Source: Ylistrum balloti
Lineage: Eukaryota
Assembly (NCBI RefSeq): GCF_031769215.1
Contig: NW_026781989.1
Coordinates: forward strand, 248,001-312,000
Length of the DNA stretch: 64,000 bases
Direction of reading: 5' to 3'
Part shown: positions 24,753 to 36,800 of the stretch, piece after piece
Layout: each line of letters starts with the position of its first letter
How positions within the stretch are numbered: the stretch's first letter is position 1
Position numbers and translations under genes: made by a program
The notes under the pieces: model-generated
What the model saw: only the letters and a program-made list of their open reading frames with translations
What the model was told of the DNA's origin: nothing
The model's database searches: none

Positions 24753-27700
24753 ATGAAAGTTCAACTGGATATCAAGATGGAGGACAACGAATTAGAGGAT
24801 CTATTGAAAGAAAGACTCAATTTAAACAATATAGCATTTGTTGAGAATAGAAATGGATATATTAGCGAAGGAAAGGTGTTTCAAACGGAAGATGGAAGCA
24901 GAATCTTTGTCAAGGTAAACCGGAAGCAAGGGGTAAGTATATATTATGTAGTCCTTTCAATCTGTTCATATAGTGTTAGCAATGGTTTACAACTGACAAG
25001 TGTTCGACCATAGCGGATTTTATTAATATATTGTTTCATAGTTACACAACTGCACTTTGCGCACCTTTAAACATCATTCCAACGTCAATCTTCAAGCAGT
25101 GATTGAATAATACTTTACTCCATCATCTTGACCTGTTAATAAAAGCACTGATCAATATGATTGTAGGACTTTAGTTTGATGGTAATGCTGACCGAAATCA
25201 AATATCCACAAGGCTGGGAAGCCCAGGGATAACGGTGGATCCCAAACGCTCTGATCACTTTTCTTCTACCTGCAGAATCTTTGATTGGTTTGTACATCTA
25301 CCGTTTATCAAGGTCTAGAAAGGACGTATTTGGAGATAAAATACAGCAGTGAACGTTGGGTTTTTTTAAGCAATGAATGGATAAAAAAGTAACTCCCTTT
25401 GCATATACTTAAACAGATGTTTACAAATCCACTGGGCTTATTGAGTAAATAACCGTCGATTAGAGATATGGTCACCAAAGGTTTATAGTAACTGGTCTGT
25501 TGTTACCTGTTCCTGAAGTGATTTAAGTCACAAGGTCAATAACCTCATTCGGTTATTGATATGGTACAGGTCCGTTTGTAGTAAATGGTTTGCTAGAGAA
25601 CTTTCTAAAGTAACTGATTGGCAAGGATACTGTCCATAGTAACTGATTCGGTAAAGAACATTTGTGGTCACAGACTTTCTAAGAACCAGCGGTAACTGAT
25701 TTTGTAGAGAGAAATCTTTAATAACCGCTTTGGTAGGGAGCCTTCTATAGTAAATATTTACGTAGAAAGTGTTATGTGTTAAGTAATTTGATAGAGAGCA
25801 TCTTTAGAGAACATTTGTAGTAAGTACTGAGGTATATGATATGGTAGAGAGACTTCTGTGGTAACTGATCTGGTAGAAAACCTGTATTACATAATCTGCT
25901 AGAGGACCTCCTGTGTTAGGTAACCTGGTAGAGAACCTCCTGTGTTTGGTAGGCTGGTAGAGAGCCTCCTGTGTTAGGTAGGCTGGTAGTGAACCTCCTG
26001 TGTTAGGTAGGCTGGTAGAGAGCCTCCTGTGTTAGGTAGGCTGGTAGAGAGCCTCCTGTGTTGGGTAGGCTGGTAGAGAGCCTCTTGTGTTGGGTAGGCT
26101 GGTAGCGAGCCTCTTGTGTTAGGAAAGGCTGGTAAAGAACCTCCTGTGTAAGGCAACATGGTAGAGAACCTCCTGTGTTAGGTAACCTGGTAGAGAACAT
26201 CCTGTGTTAGGCAACCTGGTAGAGAACCTCCTGTGTTAGGCAACCTGGTAGAGAACCTCCTTGTGTTAGGTAGGCTGGTAGAGAACATCCTGTGTTAGGT
26301 AGGCTGGCAGAGAACCTCCAGTATTAGGTAGGCTGGTAGAGAGCCTCTTGTGTTAGGTAGGCTGGTAGAGAACCTCCTGTGTTAGGCTACCTGGTAGAGA
26401 GCCTCTTGTGTTAGGTAGGCTGGTAGAGAGCCTCCTGTGTTAGGTAGGCTGGTAGAGAGCCTCCTGTGTTAGGTAGGCTGGTAGAGAGCCTCCTGTGTTA
26501 GGTAGGCTGGTAGAGAGCCTCTTGTGTTGAACCTCCTGGTAGGCTGGTAGAGAGCCTCTTGTGTTAGGAAAGGCTGGTAAAGAACCTCCTGTGTACGGCA
26601 ACATGGTAGAGAACCTCCTGTGTTAGGTAACCTGGTAGAGAACATCCTGTGTTAGGCAACCTGGTAGAGAACCTCCTGTGTTAGGCAACCTGGTAGAGAA
26701 CCTCCTGTGTTAGGCAACCTGGTAGAGAACCTCCTTGTGTTAGGTAGGCTGGTAGAGAACCTCCTGTGTTATGTAGGCTGGCAGAGAACCTCCTGTGTTA
26801 GGTAGGCTTGCAGAGAACCTCCAGTATTAGGTAGGCTGGTAGAGAGCCTCTTGTGTTAGGTAGGCTGGTAGAGAACCTCCTGTGTTAGGCTACCTGGTAG
26901 AGAGCCTCTTGTGCTAGGTAGGCTGGTAGAGAGCCTCCTGTGTTAGGTAGGCTGGTAGAGAGCCTCTTGTGTTGGGTAGGCTGGTAGTGAGCCTCTTGTG
27001 TTAGGAAAGGCTGGTAAAGAACCTCCTGTGTAAGGCAACATGGTAGAGAACCTCCTGTGTTAGGTAACCTGGTAGAGAGCATCCTGTGTTAGGCAACCTG
27101 GTAGAGAACCTCCTGTGTTAGGCAACCTGGTAGAGAACCTCCTGTGTTAGGCAACCTGGTAGAGAACCTCCTGTGTTGTACCTGGTAGAGAACCTCCTGT
27201 GTTAGGCTGGCAGAGAACCTGCTGGTAGAGGGCCTCCTGTGTTAGGTAGGCTGGTAGAGAGCCTCCTGTGTTAGGTAGGCTGGTAGAGAGCCTCCTGTGT
27301 TAGGTAGGCTGGTAGAGAGCCTCCTGTGTTAGGTAGGCTGGTAGAGAGCCTCCTGTGTTAGGTAGGCTGGTAGAGAGCCTCCTGTGTTAGGTAAGCCTCC
27401 TGTGTTAGGTAGGCTGGTAGAGAGCCTCCTGTGTTAGGCAGGCTGGTAGAGAGCCTCCTGTGTTAGGTAGGCTGGTAGAGAGCCTCCTGTGTTAGGTAGG
27501 CTGGTAGAGAACCTCCTGTAGCAAATTACTTGACAAAGAATCTTCTGTATTAAATGATTGGACAAAAACAAAAATCTGTTGTAAGTGATTTCGTAGAGAA
27601 ACTGCTAGCTGATTTGATAGGGAATCATCTGTGGTAGAGAACTTACCGTAATAATTGCCTATGTAAAGAACATTCTGTAGTAACAGATTTGGTCTGTGGT

Positions 27701-30700
27701 TACTGATATGATAGAGAATAGTCTTTGATAACAATTTGGCGGAGAACATTCCTTTTATAACTGATTTGATAAAGAACCTTCTCTGTCAACTGATTTGCTA
27801 GAGAATCGTCTGTAATAACTGAGTTGGTAGGGATCTTTCTGTAGTAACTTACTTGATAGAGAACCCATTAATTGGAATACATTTCATTTCAGGCACGACT
27901 AATGTTCGAAGGAGAAGTTGCTAGTTTGGAAGCACTGAAAAACACAAATGAAATTCGAGTGCCGAACCCAATTAAAGTAAATACATTCACACAAAAACAC
28001 AAATCCTTTATTTCTCACTGAAGTCTGTTACCGGTGAAAACTGGCAGTTGCTATGTATATGATATTATTTACCGTTGCGCTGCTACTGTGTAGTCTTAAG
28101 AAAGCAGTGTTTATTGCTGGATCTTGAAATACATAACTGCAGGTAATGTAAACCAATTTATATAATAGTGAATTATATTGAAAATGATAATGTAAGCATC
28201 AAATTGCTTTCCTTGAGCATTCCTGGACATCATAAGTGTTAACTGGAAACCGCAAATTCAGTATTCAGCATTTATCCATTTGGCATTCGCACATTCAAAA
28301 ATATATTACTATGTTTTGTAAAACAATCAATTACCCCTTTTCTAATTATGATTTTTTTCTTGTCAGATCATGAACATTCCGACTGGAGGTTCTGCACTAG
28401 TTATGGAGTTTCTTGACATCACTGAGCTTTCGAACCAGCAGGCAGCTCTTGGAGAGAAATTAGCACGGTAAGGTTCCTATGTACTGGGAACGGTACATTT
28501 TGCCAATAAAGATTGACAACACACAAGCTGTTCTCAGTGAATTGTAAAAGATCAAAGAAATACTAGACAAATCGTTCGTATGATATGTACGTGACATCTG
28601 TCTAAAAGAACTCACATAAGTTTTCACGTGATATACTATTGTTATCTGAAAGTTTGTAAAGTTTTTTATTCATTTATTTGTTGATGCCATTATAAACGAT
28701 GCGAAACAAATGAGTAATTGAGACAGGATAATTATATGAATGATGAATCATATTTAACACACCATGGACGTGTATTTAATACACTCATCTCATTCTATTT
28801 AAAAAAAACCAGTCATATTATGTGATATCCCTAAAATATTACTATCGACACTGAGAGCAAATATATTGATCTTTTCTTGCGCGGTGCCTTAATGATCAAC
28901 TTAAATTTCTGATGTCTTAGGTATTCACTCTGTACATAATATTTTTACCACAAAACAAATACGTGAATGATCATTTTTCATAACAAAATGTCGTCCAATA
29001 CTGGGTTGTAATTAATATCATGTAACTCCAAGACGATAATGAATATTGAAATATTTCAAATTTCCCATTATCAACATTTTGTAAGAAACATCTCACTTAT
29101 GCGTAAATCAGACGTTGAATGTTAAAGGATCATTTCTAATCCGCGCGAGCTAGCTTATGATTTTACTGTAATGATTTTGATTTTTCGGGATAGACAAGTT
29201 TCATAAATCTCAAATAAAATCGACACAAATTAAACATAGAGACCATTCCACACTTAGAATGAAAAAAATTGATAGTTTAAATGTCGATATAGTTACAAGT
29301 CGAAACAACAAAATGTATACATCTGTGCTGATTTTGTGATAGAATAGCCAGTCACAAGTGGGATTGAAGTTGTGTCTATCAAACTATTACTTCACATGTG
29401 TTACAATCATAATACTTTCAAGTGGAAAATTTTGTAATATTATTATAACTTCTGAATCACAATCAAATTATTGATCTGTAGGTTACACCTGCACAATGAC
29501 AGATTACGACGTCGGGCCAAGGCAACCGAATGTACAGTAGGGGAATACGAACGAAGTCCGATAGCCGTAGAGAAGTTTGGATTCGACATGGCAACCTGTG
29601 TCGGCTTTCTGCCTCAACCTGTTTCTTGGTCGGAAAACTGGACGGTAAAACATGATAACAGATTTATCTTTTTGTATACAATTAGTATTTATTTTTCAGA
29701 CCATCCAAACCTAACGAGAAGTTGCCAATACATTTAAGACACTTCAAGATGAATTAACTTATCAACGTAAGCGTAACAAAACCTGAAGCTCAATCAATTT
29801 ATCGTATTTAAAGCTTCATTGATATGACAATTGTCCTTAAACTTCTGAAGACAAAAAGATCTTACGATGTTATGTAGTTTCCTCTGATATAACAAGTTAA
29901 GAAAAGAAACGAATTCTCGTAACAACGTAGCAAATGCCCTATTTTGAAGACAGCTTCATCATCATGAGAACAATTAGAATATGAGCATATGTATCTGCTA
30001 AAGCGGTATTATATGTATGTATCGGTTTTATCTGCCACTGATCAAAATTGATTGTACATTAATCAACATCCCGGTTGATATAATAAGCTGATATATCTGT
30101 AACATTCCTTGCTGCTTCGAATTTAGAAAGAAGATCTTGGAAGAATGTGGATATTGCTACTCCCGATGTAGATTTCTTTCGATCACTGACGAAACCTAGA
30201 AGGACCGAAAAGCTGTATGATAGAGTGTGATTCACTACGTGTATTTTGATCTATTTTATTCAATTCTTAATATGTTTTCAAAGGTGATCTTCATTTTTCC
30301 GTGTATTGTACAATTTTCCTTTGACCATATACAATGTTTAAATTTTTGTTAGCTCGAAAGTCAATACGGTAGTTGAAGAAAGTAAATCAAAATTGCATTC
30401 ATTATATCTACCCTTGATTACATAAAGATAGATGTAGTAACGAACCAGTGCGAAGTGATTAAATAGGTCAGACAACGCTATGAAGTAATTGAAAAACGTG
30501 CATCCTTATTTCTATATACAGTGAGATATCGCTTAAAATCCGGTTCATAATTGAGACCACCTCGCTTTTACGACTATTTAATTTCAACCCTAAAACATGT
30601 ATATGTCTTTGTATCGTTAGCTTATCAGTTAAGATCACTGCACTATTTAGAGCATCTTAGACCAATTTTGGGTGTAATCAGAGCATTAACCAGTCATAAA

Positions 30701-33700
30701 TTCTCCCATAAGTTACATACTACGTATTCTACTGTCAAATTTACAACTCGGTCAATATTACATAATGTTTAATGCTATAAAACTAACATACCGATTTTCG
30801 TGAATGTGGAAAATATGGACAAAATTTGTCGAAAGGGAAGTCTATTTGGTCATACTCATTCTTGAGACCACCTCGCTATTAAGACCAACTTTTGTACGAT
30901 CCCAAATGTGGTCTTAATAGCAAGGATTCACAATATTCATTTACATATATTTCCTACACTCGTTTAGCTAACCATTGTATTATAAAATCTTTGTTCCAGA
31001 CCTACTTTTCCAATTTACTGGACTATCGGATTGGATTAATTGAAAAGCAAGCTTCATCGCCTGTTGATACAGTAAGCTCAATGATTTGAAATATTATATT
31101 CATTTTAATAAAAGATTTATATGAAATACATCTGTAATTCAATTGTTTTCAATTTTGTAGATACTCTTCTGAGCATAGAGTAATTAGTAAAATAGAGAGA
31201 AAATTGTGGAAGTTTAATTTTGGAACTGATACATCTCTACATACAGATTTATTTATCCTTTGTTTTCTTGTTATTGATATTATGTACTCTCGATCGCCTC
31301 CTTGGTTTCAAAGTTTAGGACTTTTATATCACTGACGAGACAGAAAAAGGAAACAGCTATATGATACAGCGTTTGATCAACAATGTGTTTCTGCTGTATC
31401 TGATTCTAAGTATTGAAAAAGATTATCAACTTTCATGTTTTTGTACAACCATTGTAAAGTCCGATATAGGTACATATAACGTAGTATTAGTATGGCTCCT
31501 TTTGTGTATAATATTAGATAATTCTTAACTTCCATACGCTAGCTGCTGATACCTCTTTATTGATACATGTATTGGACCCTGAAAATTAATACAACTAACT
31601 GTTATTACATGATCACCAATTTAACTACCACTGCAACACAATATAATGACATATCTAAATCATTGCAGCTACAATATAGAATATTGAACATTTTTCTGGT
31701 TGCTTCCCTTATATCACGCAAGTTTTCTACATGTTCTTATGGTAATAAATGTAGTTTATTTTAGCGATGAACAATACATGTAAGTCAGTTATTATATAAA
31801 AACGTTTCCGTAACATATATCTTTACATAACCGTAAATCGCTTTTTATTACTTACGTCAACATTGCGTCTTCTGAAACTATATGATATGGCCGCTAACAG
31901 ATGCTGTAACCCTGCAATAAAATGCCTTAGAAAAAATGACTTTCTTCAGAAGGCTTACCCAAGTTAACATTTGTTAAACAAATAGATGTTTGCATTCAAA
32001 ATATCATGTTACGGGTGACTGAAGACAGAAAATTCCATCTGTTTCGTTACGCTGTAACTGCATCAGATAGGGACATGTAGACTTTTTCTATTCATCCCAC
32101 AGAGTTTCTGCTGACGTGTTAAGCACTTTATTAGTAGTTGTTTCATAAGGGTATTTTTATTTGGCTAGTTTTGGTTCCTGTTGGTAAACTAGCTTACTTT
32201 GTATTGATTAGGAGTATTCTTTTCCTTTTCCAGGTAAATGCACACAAAATGCGCGAACTATGGACAGAGATTCTGCTTCTTTTGCCCGGACACTTTCGGA
32301 ATATCGACATCAAACCTTCTTTACTACATGGTGACCTCCATGTTTTCAACTCTGGGGAAACCAAACATGATGGACCAGGTTAGTCTGACTTTGAAGCAGA
32401 TAAGATACATTTTACAAACACAAGATACTGGCAATACCCGCGTATAATCACGGGACATAATTCCGGTCTTAATGCTATTTGTTGATTTGTTTGTTGTGGT
32501 TTTATGTCGCTCAAACTAAGGTCAAATGTGAACTATAACCTCAGGACGATGAAGCAATGCCGTGTACGCCTCTGATTAGAATCGAAAAAGATATTTGCTT
32601 ACATGACTACTAAACAACCATGTAATTGAATCTTCTCGCTAAGTGATAGGTAAAGACCTATATGCCAGTAACTTCTGAATGACACAGTTGAGTGACCTCA
32701 AAACATCTCGTGGTGAGGCAACACATATATCCAACTGAATAAGTAACTCGCTTTATTGCTCGCTTCATTATGGAAATGCAACAGACAATGTTTAAGTGGT
32801 GAAAAGCTATGAAATTATAATATATATTATAAAAAATGTTTTTTAAACTTGGTATTAGTAACATTTGTATATCTTTTCATTATAACGCTTTAAACTGAAT
32901 ATCTATAAAATTCACGTTAACATCTTACATCACAACTGGATCAAATTTACAAAAAATAATAATAATAAACATCGTGTGTCACAGGCTAAAACCTGATCAC
33001 ATTTCAGAATAAGATTATGTATTACAGACTGCAAACTCATCAAACTCAGGATAAAACCGTGTATTACAGACTGCAAACTGCTAAAGTATTATTAAATTTC
33101 AGAATAACATTATGTATTGCAGACTGCAAACTGACCATACTCAAGATAACATCATGTATTACAGACTGGAAACTTATCAAATTCAGAATAACATCGTGTA
33201 TTACAGATTGAAAACTGAACAAATTTAAAAAATCACGTGTTCTAGTCAAAACATTGATCAAATACTCTACAATATCGTATATTTGACATTAAATCTGCTT
33301 TCAGTAATATTCGATCCAGCTTCCTTTTATGGTCATTCAGAGATTGATCTTTCCGTGGGATTTGTTTATCCTGGATTCAACCAGCAGTTCTATGATGCTT
33401 ACTTTAAGTTAATACCCAAGGCACCCGGATTTGAAGGCAGACTGGACCTCTATATGTTAAATCAGATATTGAACTATTGGTATGTACAAAATATCTACAA
33501 TTATTAGTATTTTTTAATCTTAATACGGATCTACCAGTGATATTTTTATCAGTTACCTGTTACCTGCACTGTTTTAGGCTAAATAACGATTTTCATACAC
33601 GTTTAATTTTACATATTCTTGTATCTATTTAGTTTTAATATATCATGTAAATCAGTCTTAAAGGTTTGAAATATTGGTTTTAAAATCATTTTATGATACT

Positions 33701-33877
33701 TCAATAATAGTAATGAAATCAGCATCGTTTTCGTTATCTTTTAAGACTGACGTCATATTTAATACATGTATTATGTATCTGTGTTATATGTCTTGTAGGA
33801 ATCATTTCGGTCCTAAACAGTGCCGCCAACGAACTATTGATTTGATGAAGAAAATTACAGACACTAAACCACAATGA
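24753..33877 (+). CDS. Diverged fructosamine-3-kinase-like paralogue, 8 coding exons, 332 aa
   Basis: Exons 24753-24932, 27893-27976, 28367-28467, 29482-29644, 31000-31071, 32234-32378, 33305-33479, 33799-33877 (999 nt, open, GT-AG). Phases are identical to the upstream gene, and exons 2, 3 and 7 have identical lengths (84, 101, 175). Motifs: [59 protein letters not shown]. Confidence 0.9.
25600..27865. repeat. 29-bp minisatellite (ggtaggctggtagagagcctcctgtgtta / ggcaacctggtagagaacctcctgtgtta) with degenerate flanks, in intron 1 of the FN3K paralogue
   Basis: Homogeneous core at ~25900-27520. Degenerate gtaactgatttg(g/a)tagagaa units on both sides. A ~440-bp super-repeat marker aggaaaggctggtaaagaac sits at 26121, 26566 and 27003. 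Confidence 0.97.
32965..33230. repeat. Degenerate ~41-bp tandem repeat (about 6 copies)
   Basis: Recurring tcagaataacatcgtgtattacagactgcaaact motif in intron 6 of the paralogue. Confidence 0.8.
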
Positions 33878-36349
33878 TAGTGAACGAGGTTTTCAAACAC
33901 CAACGTTAAAAACCTGACCTGTCATGAATATGAAAGTTGACAAATATTGATTATTTTATTATTTAATGGGGGAGGGGGGAATTAATCAATATTTGTAAAC
34001 ACAGTGGAAGGTAATATATTGTAGTCATGGCTACCTGTATGTATAATATTTTTTTTAAATGCAAGTTACATTATGTTTGGCTAAAATGTCATTTTTTAAA
34101 AAAAAATGTTATGTTTCTAAAGTGATATCGTATTGTGTATTCAGTTTTGTGACTCCATTCGGCAGTCTCGTATGTGATTGATTATTTGGTTTTAATTATT
34201 TATCACGTGTTATGTATTTGATTTCACTGCATACAATATAGATGTGATTTTTATACAGAGTATTGATTAACTCTCCCTCGGGCAGAATTTCATAGTTGTT
34301 AAATTCTGAGAAGTTAAACTCCACAGACACTTTTTATATCAGTACTATATTCTAATACGATGATAAAATGATGTAGTTAAAACACTTCCACCAAAACATT
34401 CCTTGCGCAATAAGAAAGTGATGCACTGATGTCTTTTAAGCAATAGAATATATGCATTTGAGAACAAATACCAACAGAGTGACAACATCAGTGCCCTTTT
34501 TCTCTTGCTATTCCAAGCCGAGGAGAGCTAATAGCAAATATGTCACAGAAGACCTGCGGAAATAGTATTTAACACAAAACACGGGGCAAATGATAATGTT
34601 AATTTAGCCACACCATAAAAATATAAAATACCATCTTTCTCGTGGTCGTTATCTTCTACTTCGCATGTAGAATTGCGCCAAGCAGTATGTATTGTAGTAA
34701 TACGTCCATGTATTCCTGTCTGCATGAGAACATTGTATACCACAGGGGGCTTGGTTGTGGAATTTCGAGTAAGTATGACATCAGTTAATAAACACATCCG
34801 CACAAATTCAGTCATTATACACATTTGAAACCGTATGAGAATTTGGGGAATTGATACATTAAAAAACTCTTTTAACTTTTTGAGAATTTTGGATATTGAT
34901 AAAATCGATACCCCAAGGTTTCAGAGTGTGTATAAACACTGGATTTATGTGTTGTGATTATTAACTGATGTCATGAAAATCCTGAAACCGAACCCCTGTG
35001 ACCATGACCATCTCTTTGAAACACCATTAAGCTGAAACTTAGTAGAAATGTTTAGTAACTTATGTCACTTTTTTGGAAACGAAAAAATCTTACTATGACC
35101 AAAAACTTATCCCAACATACAATTGGAATTCTGAACCGGTTTCAATAGGCACTATCCCATACTTGTTCGCAATACCCTCACTACAATCCCAATGCTCAAG
35201 TCTCTAAGTCCCATGTTAAGGCCCATTGGAACACCTTGCCTTTATTTCTGTCCCCTATACAAGCCATTTCATGACTATGACCTGAAACGACTCTAAATTT
35301 AAGAAGCACGTTTTAGTATAAATTTGATAATATTTACATTATATGTTAAATAACGAATCATACTGCGTCCATCTTCCAGGAATCCTCAGTGATGGTGGCG
35401 AAAAAAGTAGGACAATCTAGAATAAGGAAAGAAAAAATAGGCATGTTTACAAACATGTACAATGTGCATATGTAATGCGAGGAAAATTAGATCAACCCTT
35501 GCACCTGTTCTCTTCGTCCATAAAAATTGAACCCGGTTGTATGTAGGTGTACAAAATATATAAGAACAGAATGATATGTAAACCACAGGTTAATAAACAA
35601 CGGACTGAAGAATACTGAAATTTAACCAGCTGTTTATTACCTTGTTTACGTCTTAAAGAAAATCTAGGCAAAACTCGTTTGAACCGGATCTTTAAATATT
35701 GCGTGAGATACATCAAGCTACTTTCAATGGACCCGGTGTAGAATGTAATTTATTTCACCCCGACGTGGCACTCTAGGTAAGCTTTATCAAAATTAAGTAA
35801 GCCAGATTACAACCAATACAGGAACTGCGTACCATCAGTAGCTTGTCATGATTTATCATCCAATCAGATCTAACACGGTGCGGTATGTGATGACGTGTCA
35901 ATTGCGGTTCCGCAATATCACGTGACCTCAGCCCGGGGACATGTGCGGGTTTTTACAACATTACACCTAAGGCTGAAGCATAACATTTCTAATTAAACAG
36001 AAATGGATTTTAACATATATGTTAGGCTTCACAAAGGCATATCGTGAACAGTAATATCGCATGACAATTGTGGTTTGACACATAATTTTCCTGGGTCTAA
36101 ATGCATAAACTATCATTCAAAAAACAGTGTTTGAATGATTTAATAAAACTACACAGCTGTCATGTCATGCAATTTCATACGAGACACTTGATGCAAAGGA
36201 TGTGGTGACAATGAAACCAATTCTATCTCAATTCAAGATATACTGTTTCAAATCTGAAGATACTGCACGTGATATGAGTAGTGAAGTTTACGTTTGAAGA
36301 CCTAGTTTACCTATATAAATGCCCTACAGCTGCATGCCGGTTCGATCAA

Positions 36350-36800
36350 TAATTCGATTCAAATATATTTTATTGCCATAACCATCAGCAACAGGATTGG
36401 GCACAAGTTATTGCGACGTTATTTAAGCTTTCTCCCAAAACAAACAACATTTACAACAAAGAGGCTTAAAATATATTACTAGATTAAATGAAATGTGTAC
36501 ATTTCTAAATATTAAATAAATGTTTACAGGCAGATTTTCATGTCCAGAAAGAAGTAAATCTGAATTCAATACCAAAGCTAAATTAAGGAAGTGTCGGTAA
36601 CTATAAGGAACGTGTCTAATGTAGATCAGTATTTGTTAATTTGCAGCTTTAAGACATGCGTAATAAAAATATAGTTGCCATTTTTAATTTTTTCTTGTTA
36701 TTTTTTTCCATGTATACTATTTTACAGTACAAAGCATTACAAGTTTGAGATCCGTATTGCTACCGGGAGTGTAGCTAGTATATGCCTTGAAACACTTACA
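36350..36800 (-). mobile_element. Decayed 3' fragment of a CR1/L2-type LINE
   Basis: The minus strand encodes DLLLSGHENLPVNIYLIFRNVH (RT C-terminal LLxG motif, like LLWGNPDL...IVSAVQEYI in the 48-51 kb LINE). It is followed by gagaaagcttaaataacgtcgcaataacttgtgcccaatcctgttg...gcaataaaatatatttgaa, which resembles the 3' end at 46713-46820. Confidence 0.6.

Noticed and set aside
25974-27082. Minus-strand ORFs with LPNTGGSLP repeats
   Set aside because: Artefacts of the 29-bp array.
29700-29766. Apparent exon (ttttcag ... gtaagc) after exon 4 of the FN3K paralogue
   Set aside because: It has a stop (TAA) in the required frame and no similarity to FN3K exon 5. The homologous exon is at 31000-31071.
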